Shown here: piece after piece, positions 53,501 to 64,000 of the stretch | Layout: the number at the start of each line of letters is the position of its first letter | Numbering within the stretch: position 1 is the stretch's first letter | Assembly (NCBI GenBank): GCA_040954595.2 | Contig: CM082577.2 | Coordinates: 4,948,301-5,012,300, forward strand | Origin: Balanoglossus misakiensis | Taxonomy: Eukaryota; Animalia; Hemichordata | Direction: 5' to 3' | DNA length: 64,000 nt | The notes under the pieces: model-generated | What the model saw: the letters and a program-made list of their open reading frames with translations, nothing else | Database searches by the model: none | Told to the model about the DNA's origin: nothing | Translations under genes and position numbers: made by a program

Positions 53501-56500
53501 TGATAAAGAATATCTTTAATTGGCCCCATGGTACCCTCAGTAGTATTCATAATTTTCACGAGACTGGGCCCAGCAGACTTGAGTAATCAAACGCAGATGT
53601 AGATTTCATTTGCAATTATCATTTTCCTGAAAATTGTAATTATGATAGCTGGCATGAATTCACAAAATTCACGCGTTGAGAATTAGTTTCAAGGCCCAGG
53701 TGAAGATAACCCTAATAGCTTGTAGGCCTGCGGGTCACGTTGTGATCACTAAATAAGATATATACGCAGTACTTGTGTATCATAGCCACGAACAGCAATT
53801 TCCAAAATTTGATTTCCCTCATGAATGAAATCCAGATAAGAACATGCCCTCAATAGTCCAAGTTTAAATGTCAGGGTCCTGACCTGTTGACCTTTGTGCT
53901 GAACTATGACCCTTTGAGATTGGCCATATACACTTTAACAGCATAGAGATAACAGTCAGACTCATGGATTCTTTTGGCAAGGGATGAGAAGTCAAAACAC
54001 TGGGTTCTACTGCATTAGATAAAATCCCAGGAAAATCCCAGGTCCACATAACAAAAATAATGAAAAGCAAAATGATATAGAATACAAGTTGCTAAAAATC
54101 TATTCTAATATCTAATTTTCTTAAAATGTTGTGTCTGGTTGAGTGTCTTTCTGTACTTTTCTTTGAATAATAACATATTGACTACTCAGAGCCCGGAGGC
54201 CTACAGTATCCGAATAAACATATAAAGTCATAAGTAAAAATTATCTTATCGTCACCATTCTTGTTTTATTTTATTTGGATTTCTTCGCAGAAAACTATGT
54301 CCTGGACAAATGTGGGCTGCATTATGTCCCTGGTTTTCCAGGGACATTTTATGCAAATTTACAGAATACCTGCAACCTCTGATCCCATCTCATGAACATG
54401 TAATATCAACTAGAGTCCTGGCCATTGGACCAGTGTATGTTATTTTATGTAACTTTTGCTGAAACAGACCTCGGAGTAAAATATATCACACCTGAGCAAA
54501 TATGTCCACAGATCAATTAGCCAGTTGCAACTGCTTGGCAGTATTAACAGTAGCATCGGTCAGTCACCTATTTCTTAGTGTGAAGTCGACAGCAGCCGAC
54601 ACAAATTGCCTCTCATTTATTTTCTGGCACCTGTCAACTAAAGGTCTTCTAGAATTAAGGTATAATGTGCCTCAAAAATGAAAGTCTTCAACTTTCTTCG
54701 CATTTTGCTCAAGGCAACTTTATATTATTCTCTCTTGAAATTGAGAATGAAAATTGGGGTCACTGTACAAAATTTTGAATGAGAGAGGAAAATTATGTCA
54801 AATTGTGTCAAATTTGAAATTAAAAATGGCCACCAATCTTTGTGTTAAGTCTATGGAGAAAATTTAAACTAGAGATTTTCATGAAAACAAGATAGTGAAC
54901 ACCCAGTTTTCTTCATTATTTTCAAAAAGACTCCCCACATCACGCTTTAATATAGCAAAGAATTAGAAGGTGTGACAGACTTATCATTTTTCACTACCCG
55001 CACATTCAAGCAAAGGTGCTATGCCAGCAGATTTCATCAGAACACCTGTCATGGTTATGCAACTGCAGATACCCTTGGGCGCGGTCACTAAATAAATAGC
55101 CAATGCCAAATGCTAATGTGGCTCACAAGGTAACCTTTTTTATGAGACAGGTTAACATGGCTTGACAGTTGAATAAAAAAATATACTTATTACAAAAACA
55201 AAGATTTGAGGTCAACATGATGTACCTGATGTTCGAAATATGGCAAAATATCACCTGACCAAATTAGCTACTTCTTTGAAATCATTCTAAATTACCAATA
55301 ACTCAGAAATGCCAATGCTTGAATGAGAGTCCACATTATGTTTGCCAGATAAATGACTGGGATCCTCAACAATGATTTGTACAATAAAAATAGGAATCCG
55401 AACACTCAAGTAGTCACAAGACAAAAAACAGAAGTGTCAAAGTAATAATTTCTCTTCAGGATGCTGGCACCTTTAGAATTGTTAACCTCTGGCTAATCTT
55501 GTGCTTTCAAGGTCATTGACAACTAAAGGTCACCTGTCACAAAGTCATGGCTGGGTATAAACCATCTGTCAAAGTCAGGAAGCACCTACTAAGGCAAAAC
55601 TAATGAATTGTAGTGATTTAGCCGGAGGGTTTGCTACTTCCGTTCAAGGAATATTCCGAGGATGAAATTCGAATCCATGCATGCATCGGAACAATCACAT
55701 ACGGAAAAAAAAGAGAAGGAAATGGATAATCGTCCAGGGGTTCAAAATCTTCAGATGAAGCATAAGGCGAAAAAAAAAATCCTAGAGTTATTGTTGCATG
55801 GGGAATTATTTTAGATTCACTTAATTTTTTTATTGAAATACCATTTAAAAAAACAAATCCACATTTGAAAAATCTAAAGTCGAATACTTTACCATTGGGC
55901 CAAACCATAGTGATGAAAGAGTTAAAATATTGCTAAAAGCCAGGATCTGAAACAGATACCCCCATTCATTACTTTTTATTGCCGACCTTATTTCAATTAG
56001 ACTGTCGTAATTCATTCAACTATAAAAAGTAATTTAGTGAATTTGCAGTGGTATTTACGCCTGTCAGGTGGAAATCATAATCAGCTGTTGCAGTGTCAAT
56101 AATATAATTGATTAAACATGCACAAAAAAGTAATAATGAATATTAACGCATACTGCAATGGAAAATGTAATTTAATGCTGTAGGAAAAGCAAGACGATTA
56201 AGAAATAAATATCCTTCAAAAAAGGGGCATTTTGTCACCAATCATTTTCTCATAGAAGAAATGCTTGTACCTTGAAAAAAGTGTACTTTTCATATTTGTA
56301 TGCTGTTATTGTGACTTCAATGTACAAGATGAATTTGGAGAGTGTATTACACATAACTTGTTCAACAACGTCTGAAAAAATGTGCGGTTATTGTGTGCAT
56401 GCTATGCCTTGAGATTCTTAGCCAATTTATATCAATTCTGGCAAACTTGTTCACGCTAACAAGTGTTGAAGTATTTGATTTCCATTGCCGGAAATTTTCT

Positions 56501-56679
56501 CAACAAATACAATCCTGGATGAATTGATGATCGAGCCGTTTTTTCTGTGTTTTTTTTGTCCATGCAGGATCCACGCAGTAAACACAAGTTTAAAGTTCAT
56601 TCGTACAGCAGTCCTACATTCTGTGACCACTGTGGATCACTGCTGTATGGTCTTTACCATCAAGGGATGAAATGTGAAT
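30844..56679 (+). CDS. PRKCA: Conventional protein kinase C (alpha/beta/gamma pro-ortholog), 5' part only: pseudosubstrate, C1A and most of C1B; continues beyond the window
   Basis: Exons 30844-31001 ([53 protein letters not shown]), 31178-31209 ([10 protein letters not shown]), 31540-31622 ([28 protein letters not shown]), 56568-56679 ([37 protein letters not shown]). All GT-AG with consistent phases. No exon 5 was found before 64000. The symbol stands for the family; alpha versus beta cannot be resolved. Confidence 0.93.
32947..33006. repeat. (GAT/GGT)n microsatellite
   Basis: Compound trinucleotide run in PKC intron 3. Confidence 0.9.
33242..33323 (+). mobile_element. Short dispersed TTAA-ended (piggyBac-like) MITE family; representative copy
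   Basis: TTAACCC...ATGGTTTGGTCCAATCCATAGTTTTTTATGGTAAAGTTGGAC...TTGGGGGTG. Related degenerate copies at ~34346-34431 (reverse), 52541-52591, 55897-55925 (reverse) and 56752-56827 (reverse); several end in G(A/G)GTTAA. Confidence 0.6.
33511..33695. repeat. Minisatellite, ~82/70-bp unit, ~2.4 copies
   Basis: ATGGTCATGTG...CCCAAAT(TTGGAA.GTTACACT..GAAATAGGGG..CATGATAGCAT) recurs at 33511, 33593 and 33663. Confidence 0.9.
39158..39345. mobile_element. MITE with TA target site (Tc1/mariner-type termini)
   Basis: TA-CTGTAAAACAGGA...TCCCGTTTTACAG-TA, with internal TT(T/C)GCGAA repeats. Confidence 0.8.
40028..40296. mobile_element. PIF/Harbinger-like MITE with TTA target-site duplication
   Basis: TTA-GGGGTGGACCATTT...poly-G TGGAAGATT ... 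AATCTTCCA poly-C...AAATGGTCCATCCC-TTA; ~40-bp imperfect TIRs. Confidence 0.8.
41366..41503. repeat. (GAT/GAC)n trinucleotide microsatellite, ~46 units
   Basis: Source of the spurious poly-D, poly-S and poly-H ORFs. Confidence 0.97.
44796..44968. mobile_element. pogo/Tigger-like MITE
   Basis: TIRs CAGTAAAACCT...AGGTTTTACTG, flanked by CA and TA; internal AGAGGT..CCGGTTTATAGAGG repeats. Confidence 0.75.
49836..50100. mobile_element. Degenerate inverted-repeat MITE
   Basis: AATAGACCATTTTCC...GAGATCCTGCGAGATCTTG is mirrored by CAAGTCTCGCGAGATCTC...GGAAAATCATCAAT. Confidence 0.5.
54655..54960. mobile_element. Degenerate non-autonomous DNA transposon copy (TTAA-GGTA terminus)
   Basis: Starts TTAAGGTATAATGTGCCTC and contains GGGGTCAC..AAAATTTTG and AAAATGGCCACC..TGTGTTAAGTCTATGGAGAAAA. 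It resembles an abundant repeat I recall from hemichordate assemblies; only one copy is here, so this is unverified. Confidence 0.4.
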
Positions 56680-58229
56680 GTAAGTAATTCTAATTTTTTT
56701 TTCGTTTTCACTGGCCATATACCGGTAATTCTCCGTTTGCCATTCTTCTATCCCTTTCACCCCCATTTCCAAGTACTGGAGTCCAACTTTAGCCATTGAC
56801 TGTAATGGAGTTGGATGAAAACGATGGCTTTGAAAGGGATCCTTTAAAAAAAAGTGAATGCTGCGAATATTGGAACATATTTTTTTCTTTGTGGCTTTAA
56901 AGGCTTTTTTCTCGATCCCAGATAAGGCAGAGCCATGAGATGGCACAAAGCAAAGTGTTGGTATATCTTCTCACAATATGTGGAGTTTGATGGCGAAGTT
57001 TGACTCAGTGTTTTCTATGGCACAATATGTACCAACACAGCAGGTCCGATCTCTGGGATGGAGAAAAAAGCCTTTAAATGATATTATTTTGATGTTATTT
57101 TAGCCTTAATATTTTACTTGTTTCACTCTATCTATATTTGTGTCACTTTCTATGCTGACATACAGTGAATCAATGTTTTTTACAGCTTAACTTACACACT
57201 GCGTATGGGTGTAGCATGTGGTTATTTTCATGACATCATTGTGAAGCTGACAGTTGCTTGGGGATACCCGCAACATTTGCTTGTGACTGTTATTCAAATA
57301 AAGTAACATTTGCACTGTGAGTGTGGTGGGTACATTGTCAGACTACCTGTTGTTTTCTGGTGGGCTGTCACTGTACCAATATAGAAACATCACTTCTTGT
57401 GAAAATAATCATCCTGCCAAACTGTGTTAGAATAACCGCACCACAGTACATGCTGTCTGCTGGTTGTAAACCTTTGCCACGATGCAGTACACAATATACA
57501 CACAAATATTTTCTTTCAAAGTATTTTTTCAGGAGTTTGAAAGAAATTCATGCAAGCCTACCGTGTCTTCATTTACGAATTCCCTTTCTATCATTTTCTG
57601 TTCAATAAATACACTCAGTGATGCTGAATGGGAAATATAAAATATAATGCAGCTAATTTTATTTATTTCATCTGCATGTGACAAGGAGAGCGGCTTCCTG
57701 ACAATAGAAAATCATCAAAAGAGAATTAGAAAGTAATTGTCTACTTAACGAGCTTGTCTGTCTCTCAAACGCAAACTGAATGATGGCCGCCTCGACAGAA
57801 ATATTTCATTTGGTGTTTACAAGTCCTGCTCTTGCCAAAATCGCGGATTTATCATTCTGCTCTTGTTTTGTTCACAAGATGAGCTGAGCACATAGCGTGG
57901 GTGGCCGGAGTTGTAACAGCTCAGTTTTCTAGTTCCGTCTCGAAATAAAAGAGCCTAGAGCAACTCAAAGGGATTATTTGTGATGAAGTTTACTTTCTAT
58001 TCATGCTTTGTGTCCCTGGGAATTCCTGTCCACTCACACTTGATAGTGAATGTTTATTTAGGGACAGCAGTTCATCCAACAAATCGCATATTTAATTGGA
58101 CACGACGAGAATTAACAACTTTCCTCTTGTGGACGGCTTGGATGAGTACAGATCATCACATCCTCTTTTATTAAAAAAACAAACATTATTTTTACAGGGT
58201 TACCTGACAGTGTGTGATACAATTTTCCA

Positions 58230-58377
58230 CAAAATAATATTTTGATTACTAATGTGAAATAAAATTATTGTGAAATAAAAAACATATTCGAAGATACACT
58301 TAACAACAATGTTCAAAATAATATTTTGATTACTAATGTGACATAAAATTATTGTGAAATAAAAAACATATTCGAAG
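58230..58377. repeat. 64-bp direct duplication, period 84, one mismatch
   Basis: CAAAATAATATTTTGATTACTAATGTGA(A/C)ATAAAATTATTGTGAAATAAAAAACATATTCGAAG at 58230 and 58314. Confidence 0.92.
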
Positions 58378-61300
58378 TTAATTCTCGGTCAACCCTCTAG
58401 CAATGTGAGAACTTTGCTACATGTGAATTCATAATGTTATAGGTCCGTCAGCCATGATTTTTTGTAATTTTAAAAAGAAGATTCTCGGCAAACTCTTATG
58501 AAGCTAAAAGTGTGAAGATTCCAAGATGTCTGTTTTTCTTTGAATTTGTTCCGAATGAGCAGAATACTCGGTATTATCACCTAACATCAAATGGCCACTT
58601 GGCACCTGCGAGTTTCATAAGTTCCGTGATTGTGGAGTGTAAAGAAGGTGTAATACTTGAACACTTCAACTCCATGTCATCACGTAAACAGACACACTTA
58701 TCAACATTGTTCAAACACAATATTGGTTTCCAAAATCACATTTTAAAAATCTGAACTTGGAGTCTGAGTGCACAGCTGGTAGTTGACAGGAAAGATAGGT
58801 ATTTGTCTGCAAAAACAGTGTCTATAAAAATCATCTTTCCGGTGTTTGTTCTCAGCAAAACGCAGGAATCAGGTTTCCGTTCCAGGGTGTGGTTTCACGG
58901 CATTGTTGCCATGACAATTTGGTTGTTAATTCGGCACAGCTCTTGATAAGCATTCCAATGTGACCACACACCGCGTTGTCTTTGATAGGGGCTCTTCAAC
59001 GCAACCACGATGACTATATCATTATCACGACTATAGACTTCTCACGTCTCGTTCACAGATGAGGTGCTTGCCGGTGATTGCACAATATGGCTGCAATGTA
59101 AAACCTTGCTATCTGATAATGAGACTTGATGTACCGTCCTGAAGTACATCAAGCCCTATAGGCTCCTGGTCGTTACACAATCTATCTATTCTTATCTTAT
59201 TTATTAGCTTTTTAAATCATTCATTTGATTGAGCACTTTGCTCTGAGAACACTTCTTTTATTTACTTCTTCGAAGACATTAAAACATATCTTCTCCTGTG
59301 GCGGCTGGCTGTGTTGGATTCTGGGATCAGAAAGCGTGACGGATTTCCCTTAATAACACAGCGGTATATATTACACGCTACAGGACTGTGCTATTAAAAC
59401 AGCCTGGCAATTTATGCTGCATTGCACAATTGTGAGCGGTGCAAATTCTCAATGTTCACTGTTCTCCTCTGTTGGTGATCAATATGAAATGTATTGGTTA
59501 TCACACTGAAATTAACATTCAGTTTCAAATCAGTGAATGTCCAGTTTCTTGATTGACGTGTGATCAGACATATAATGATCATTTTCATGTCAAACAAGTC
59601 TAGTAGACATTAATAAATGAAAGTAATGTCATTTCTTCGGATTATGGATTTTTTTTAATCCTTCATAAGTAACACGATCAATAAAAGTATCCTTGTTTTA
59701 CATTTAGTTGACTCAATAAGTAATGATTGAAAAATGGCCAAATTCTGCATTTTTCTTTATGCAAAATAAAGATCATATTTACTGCACTCAAAAACTAACT
59801 ATTATGACCCTCAGTTCCAAGAACTTTACATCCTGGTATGATGAGTGATATGTTTTTACAGCAAAGCAGAATGCTAATTTTTTGTCTGTATAAAGTGGGT
59901 GAAACTATTCAGTGTAGTCACACATGACTAACAGTTTGGTTGAGTTGCTGCGCTTTGTACTTTCTATCAACTGAACAACTTTAAATGAAAGTTGGATGAT
60001 ATCAGTTCTCTAAAAAGGTCATGCAGATTGTAGGTATATTAATCTCCGCTGTGCTGTAATAAGTATGATCCAAGTTGCGTAAATCACGACATTTCTAAGT
60101 TAAATGTGCTTTCGATTGCAGATTGTCTCCTCGAAAAAATACGAGGCTGCAAGTCTATCTGTGGTTTTCCACAAATCAAGTTATCGAGATGTGACCTGTA
60201 TGTTTTTTATTGAATTCTGTAACTAGAGATAAATCGCAATAAAAATCTGAACCCTGATGAAACAGCCTGCCATTCATCAAGGATTATACTGGCGTTGCAT
60301 GTGCACGTCCAGTGTATCGCGCTTGAGCTATTGAAAACATAAAGGTTGAGGTCACCTGATTTATATCGGCGTTATATAATTCAATTCACAACAATTTACA
60401 AGATTAGGACTGTTTCATATCCTGCAGGGTATTTCATAAAAATAACTGTAAAGTGACTATGTATTACAATTACATGTTATTACCGTAATTGTACATGGGG
60501 CGTATCCATTTCATGGGGCTGTCTGGAGAGAATTTATATACATTCTATAACCAAGTGAATTGTTGAGTTTTAGTACATACGAGATCTGTTGTTTCATCAA
60601 TGAAATTGCAACAAGATCATAAAACTGAAGTTGTTTCTTTTATCTATCTAGGTTTGTAAAAGATTTTATTTGACCTGTGTTTGTAGTTTTGAGACTCCAC
60701 TTTCATAGCACTATTGTACATGGCTATTGATTGTTGACCAAACCACTGAGGGGGGAATCACGGGGATTCAGATGGATCTTGTGCTCTTCTGGGCAGGATG
60801 TGTTAACACAGATGCATGCGTGTATGTCATATTTGTTTTCTCCACTTCATCCCATGCCCAAGGTGGGAGACTTACCCATGAGACAGCAGGTAGATTCTCA
60901 AACTACCAAATACTGGTTCATTATTAAAGGACAATTTGTAGCATCATGTATTCCCCACAGATTTTATTCTGAATTTCCTCTGCGGGTGATTGTGCATGCA
61001 CCTCCGTGTATCAAGGACAAGGACGGTTTAGTCTGATAAATAAACTACACACCCTCTCTCCAGCGGATCTCGAAAGCATACAACAAGATCTGCTGTCAAA
61101 TTATCCTACAGACTACCTGCTACATTCGTGTGCTTGTCAATAACAAGCATGTAAGTGTTTCTAATGGAGAAGAGTACATCCCCCTCATGTGCTCCATCAT
61201 GCAGAAGTAACAATATAGAAAATATACAATTACACAGTGATATTGTAATCTGTATAGTCAAATAAACACAGTTAAAACATGGAATTTTCAAATGATCACA

Positions 61301-64000
61301 GTGTTGATGTATCACCATTGCAGTTATAGGAGTACAGCAGACATGCGCTGAAATGAAGACGCATTGTGTGCCAGATTAGGCCATTAGATATGAATACAAG
61401 CAACATCCACTTGTTATGCATTGAATGCAAGTGGGAAAACGAGAGATCATCTTCTTTAAATTGTATGAGAGTATATATGCTTTTGAGCAGCAAATGAGCT
61501 CTGCTGTGCACGTACGTCACAGACACACTGAGGTCTCTAACCATTATCAGTTTGCAACAAGCCTGGCATAACAAATTGAACTCATCCATATTGAACTGCC
61601 CCCAGGTAAGGTTGACTGTGGCAATGAATAAAGAAGTCGATCGCTGATGAAATAACGGCCATATTTCAAACTGACTCTCACCATGAGACGGTTTGGAGAA
61701 TTTTATATGCTGTACTATTTTATATCCGCTGAATTTAAGGAAATCAACCTGTGATTGGGACAACTTGTGTTTGTTATTGTTAAGATTCATCAAAAAGGTA
61801 GCTTTTACAACCAAGCCGTTAACATTTTGTTTTTTACCATGAGGAGTACAGCTGGTTTATTTCGGTTAAACTCTAACCCTGATAGAGATTAAATCAAGCA
61901 CTCACAGACTTACATAAAAAATAACTATCAATTTAATGCAGGGACGGACTAGCACACAGTCACATCTCCAGACATGGTAATGTACAATGATGTATGAAAA
62001 CCTGACCATGGATCAAGCTCCTACTGTGTGCTTGATGACCTCCTGAGTCATGACAGGACTTTTAGACACTATAACAATCACCTCTCCAAGCAACAACCTT
62101 GCATATTGAGAAGGTCATTGATACAACTATAAGCTTTTGCCAATGGACTGCAGGTTAAAACCTTAATGTTATTGATAGGGGTTAAAGTCTTAGAGTCACC
62201 TGTCCACACACACATGGAGACGACATGTTCATGCATGAATACAATCTTCTGTACACAATCAGCCCAGATCAGATATTAACCTTCTGGCTGATTTAGTCCC
62301 GCTACACTTGAGCTCCTTGTAATAAGTCTGCACTTGTACAGCCAATTATAAAGTGCAATCCTGTTTTAAGTTCCCCAGCCCGAGTCTAACAAGGATAATC
62401 CCTGTTCGTAACATATCAGGCGTATTTGCCTTCTGTTGATTCTGTCGTTAACCCTGTACTGCTCCTCTTGTACAGCAGATAATCATTAGACATGCTCCCT
62501 ACAAAGTCACGGTGCAAAACACAACTTGGGATCATACAGTCGCATGCAGAAGTCATGAAACTTCCACCGCGAAATCTCAAAGTTTAATGCATTTAGCTTG
62601 AAACCTTACAGCTTTCACCATTTGTGTTGACGTGCCGGACACAATCCATTCTCCATGTACATGTAATTTACATGCCCATAAGTCACCACCCAAGTGAATA
62701 CACATGTATTTGTGTTTGGCTTATTGATCTCCATTTTCCATGGTAACTGTGGCTAATTTGCATGGGTGACTGTATACCTTTAAAGCATCTTGTCTCAGAA
62801 ATTAAATGCCAAAAATGTCAAGAATGGAAATTATAGTACAATCTTGGGTAAAATGCAGGATAAATTTATGCTGGTCATAGTGCTTCATGTAATGATACAC
62901 AAAAGATGACAAAAATGTCTCTCTTAAAATTTATGACTATTTTTTATGTTTCATTTATTATGATTGGGAAAACATCATAATTCTTTATGTAAAGGTGTTG
63001 TGTCCGAGTCTTTCAGTTTTGTGTGGAAACCATAGAAACTCATCAATGAGATATTCTTCATCTTTTACGTAGGTAATTAAATTGAATGGATATCGGTGTC
63101 TCCATTGAAAGTAAAGGGGGCGTTTTGTGGCTTCTCCAGCATTTTGCAGTCAGAGCCCGACACTTGTGTTGCATTCTGCAGTGCAAGGAGACCACATCAA
63201 GGTGAAACGATATTCATCTTTTAATAGTGTTCGTCCTCTGGGGGAGTGGTGTAAGGTTTCCTATCCTCCCAATTCCCTTGATTTACCAGGGACTTATCTC
63301 AGAATGATTAAGCACCAGCTTCTACATAATTTTCTGAGAGTTAATTGTCACTGTAGTGAAAAAAAATGGTGCTGTTGAAAGTGAAACTTAAAAAATACAT
63401 GGCAACATTGCCTTGTGATCATTTATTGTCGTAAGTGTTGATGTCTACAGCTGCGAATTATCCGAGCTGAATAAAAATGACATGAAAGCTCAAGAGGTTG
63501 ACTTCTTATTTTGATTTTATTGACTGTACTACATTGGATTCCCTGCTCTTGTGTATTGATCTATGCATGGAATAAGATATTCCTGTTGAATCGGAAAATG
63601 GGATTGTCCCGCTCACCACGTACAGTGACACAAAACGCCTCAGATGGCACTCACTCGGCAGATATCGCTTTAAATGTCGGAGAGTGTTTGCCGGAATACA
63701 TGCACGCAACCCGCCCGCGGGCCAATTACTTTGATCAGCAATAACGAAGCGTTTAAGTTTTGGGCTGAAATACTCATGCCCGATCACGCGAGAATACAAG
63801 TTTGACAGCCAGCTCAGGTCTGTGACTGATTGCGAATGAAATTGGAACTGCAGGCTTGTCGGACTTGTTTGGACAGGTGTAAGACGTAAAAAAAAAATTG
63901 CTCAATTAACGGCGCGCTGATGATGTGCAGTGCAAATTTGCACATATCCTGATCAATGCTCGAGTGAAAATGCCAGAGGTGATACATTTGTATTTGTGGA

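Noticed and set aside
53700-53720. TAACCCTAA telomerase-template-like word
   Set aside because: No pseudoknot, CR4/5 or H/ACA features nearby.
61296-61814. 172-aa minus-strand ORF in PKC intron 4
   Set aside because: Non-ATG start, no recognisable domain, composition typical of random AT-rich DNA.

Overview
Animal nuclear DNA: AT-rich, with spliceosomal introns and many MITEs. It is probably a marine invertebrate deuterostome (the repeats recall acorn worms, but this is a low-confidence inference). The left 14 kb is a compact housekeeping cluster: a likely non-coding first exon of an unseen minus-strand gene (~1.2 kb), DRG2 (minus, 13 coding exons, 364 aa, one U12-type minor intron), COX11 head-to-head with it (plus, 5 exons, ~324 aa), a full-length 7SL/SRP RNA gene (minus) and MRPS34 (minus, 3 exons). 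A ~12 kb stretch follows with no recognisable coding gene but with clusters of regulatory motifs. Next are an intronless ARL4-type small GTPase (minus) and, divergently, the first four coding exons of a conventional protein kinase C with a ~25 kb intron 3; this gene runs off the right edge. Most listed ORFs are spurious or are exon fragments. I found no clearly new multi-gene system. The best leads are the minor intron carrying a perfect DR4 element, a Pbx/Hox motif cluster beside an orphan promoter, RFX and kB-like clusters in the PKC intron, and a 36-bp transposon remnant with target-site duplication.
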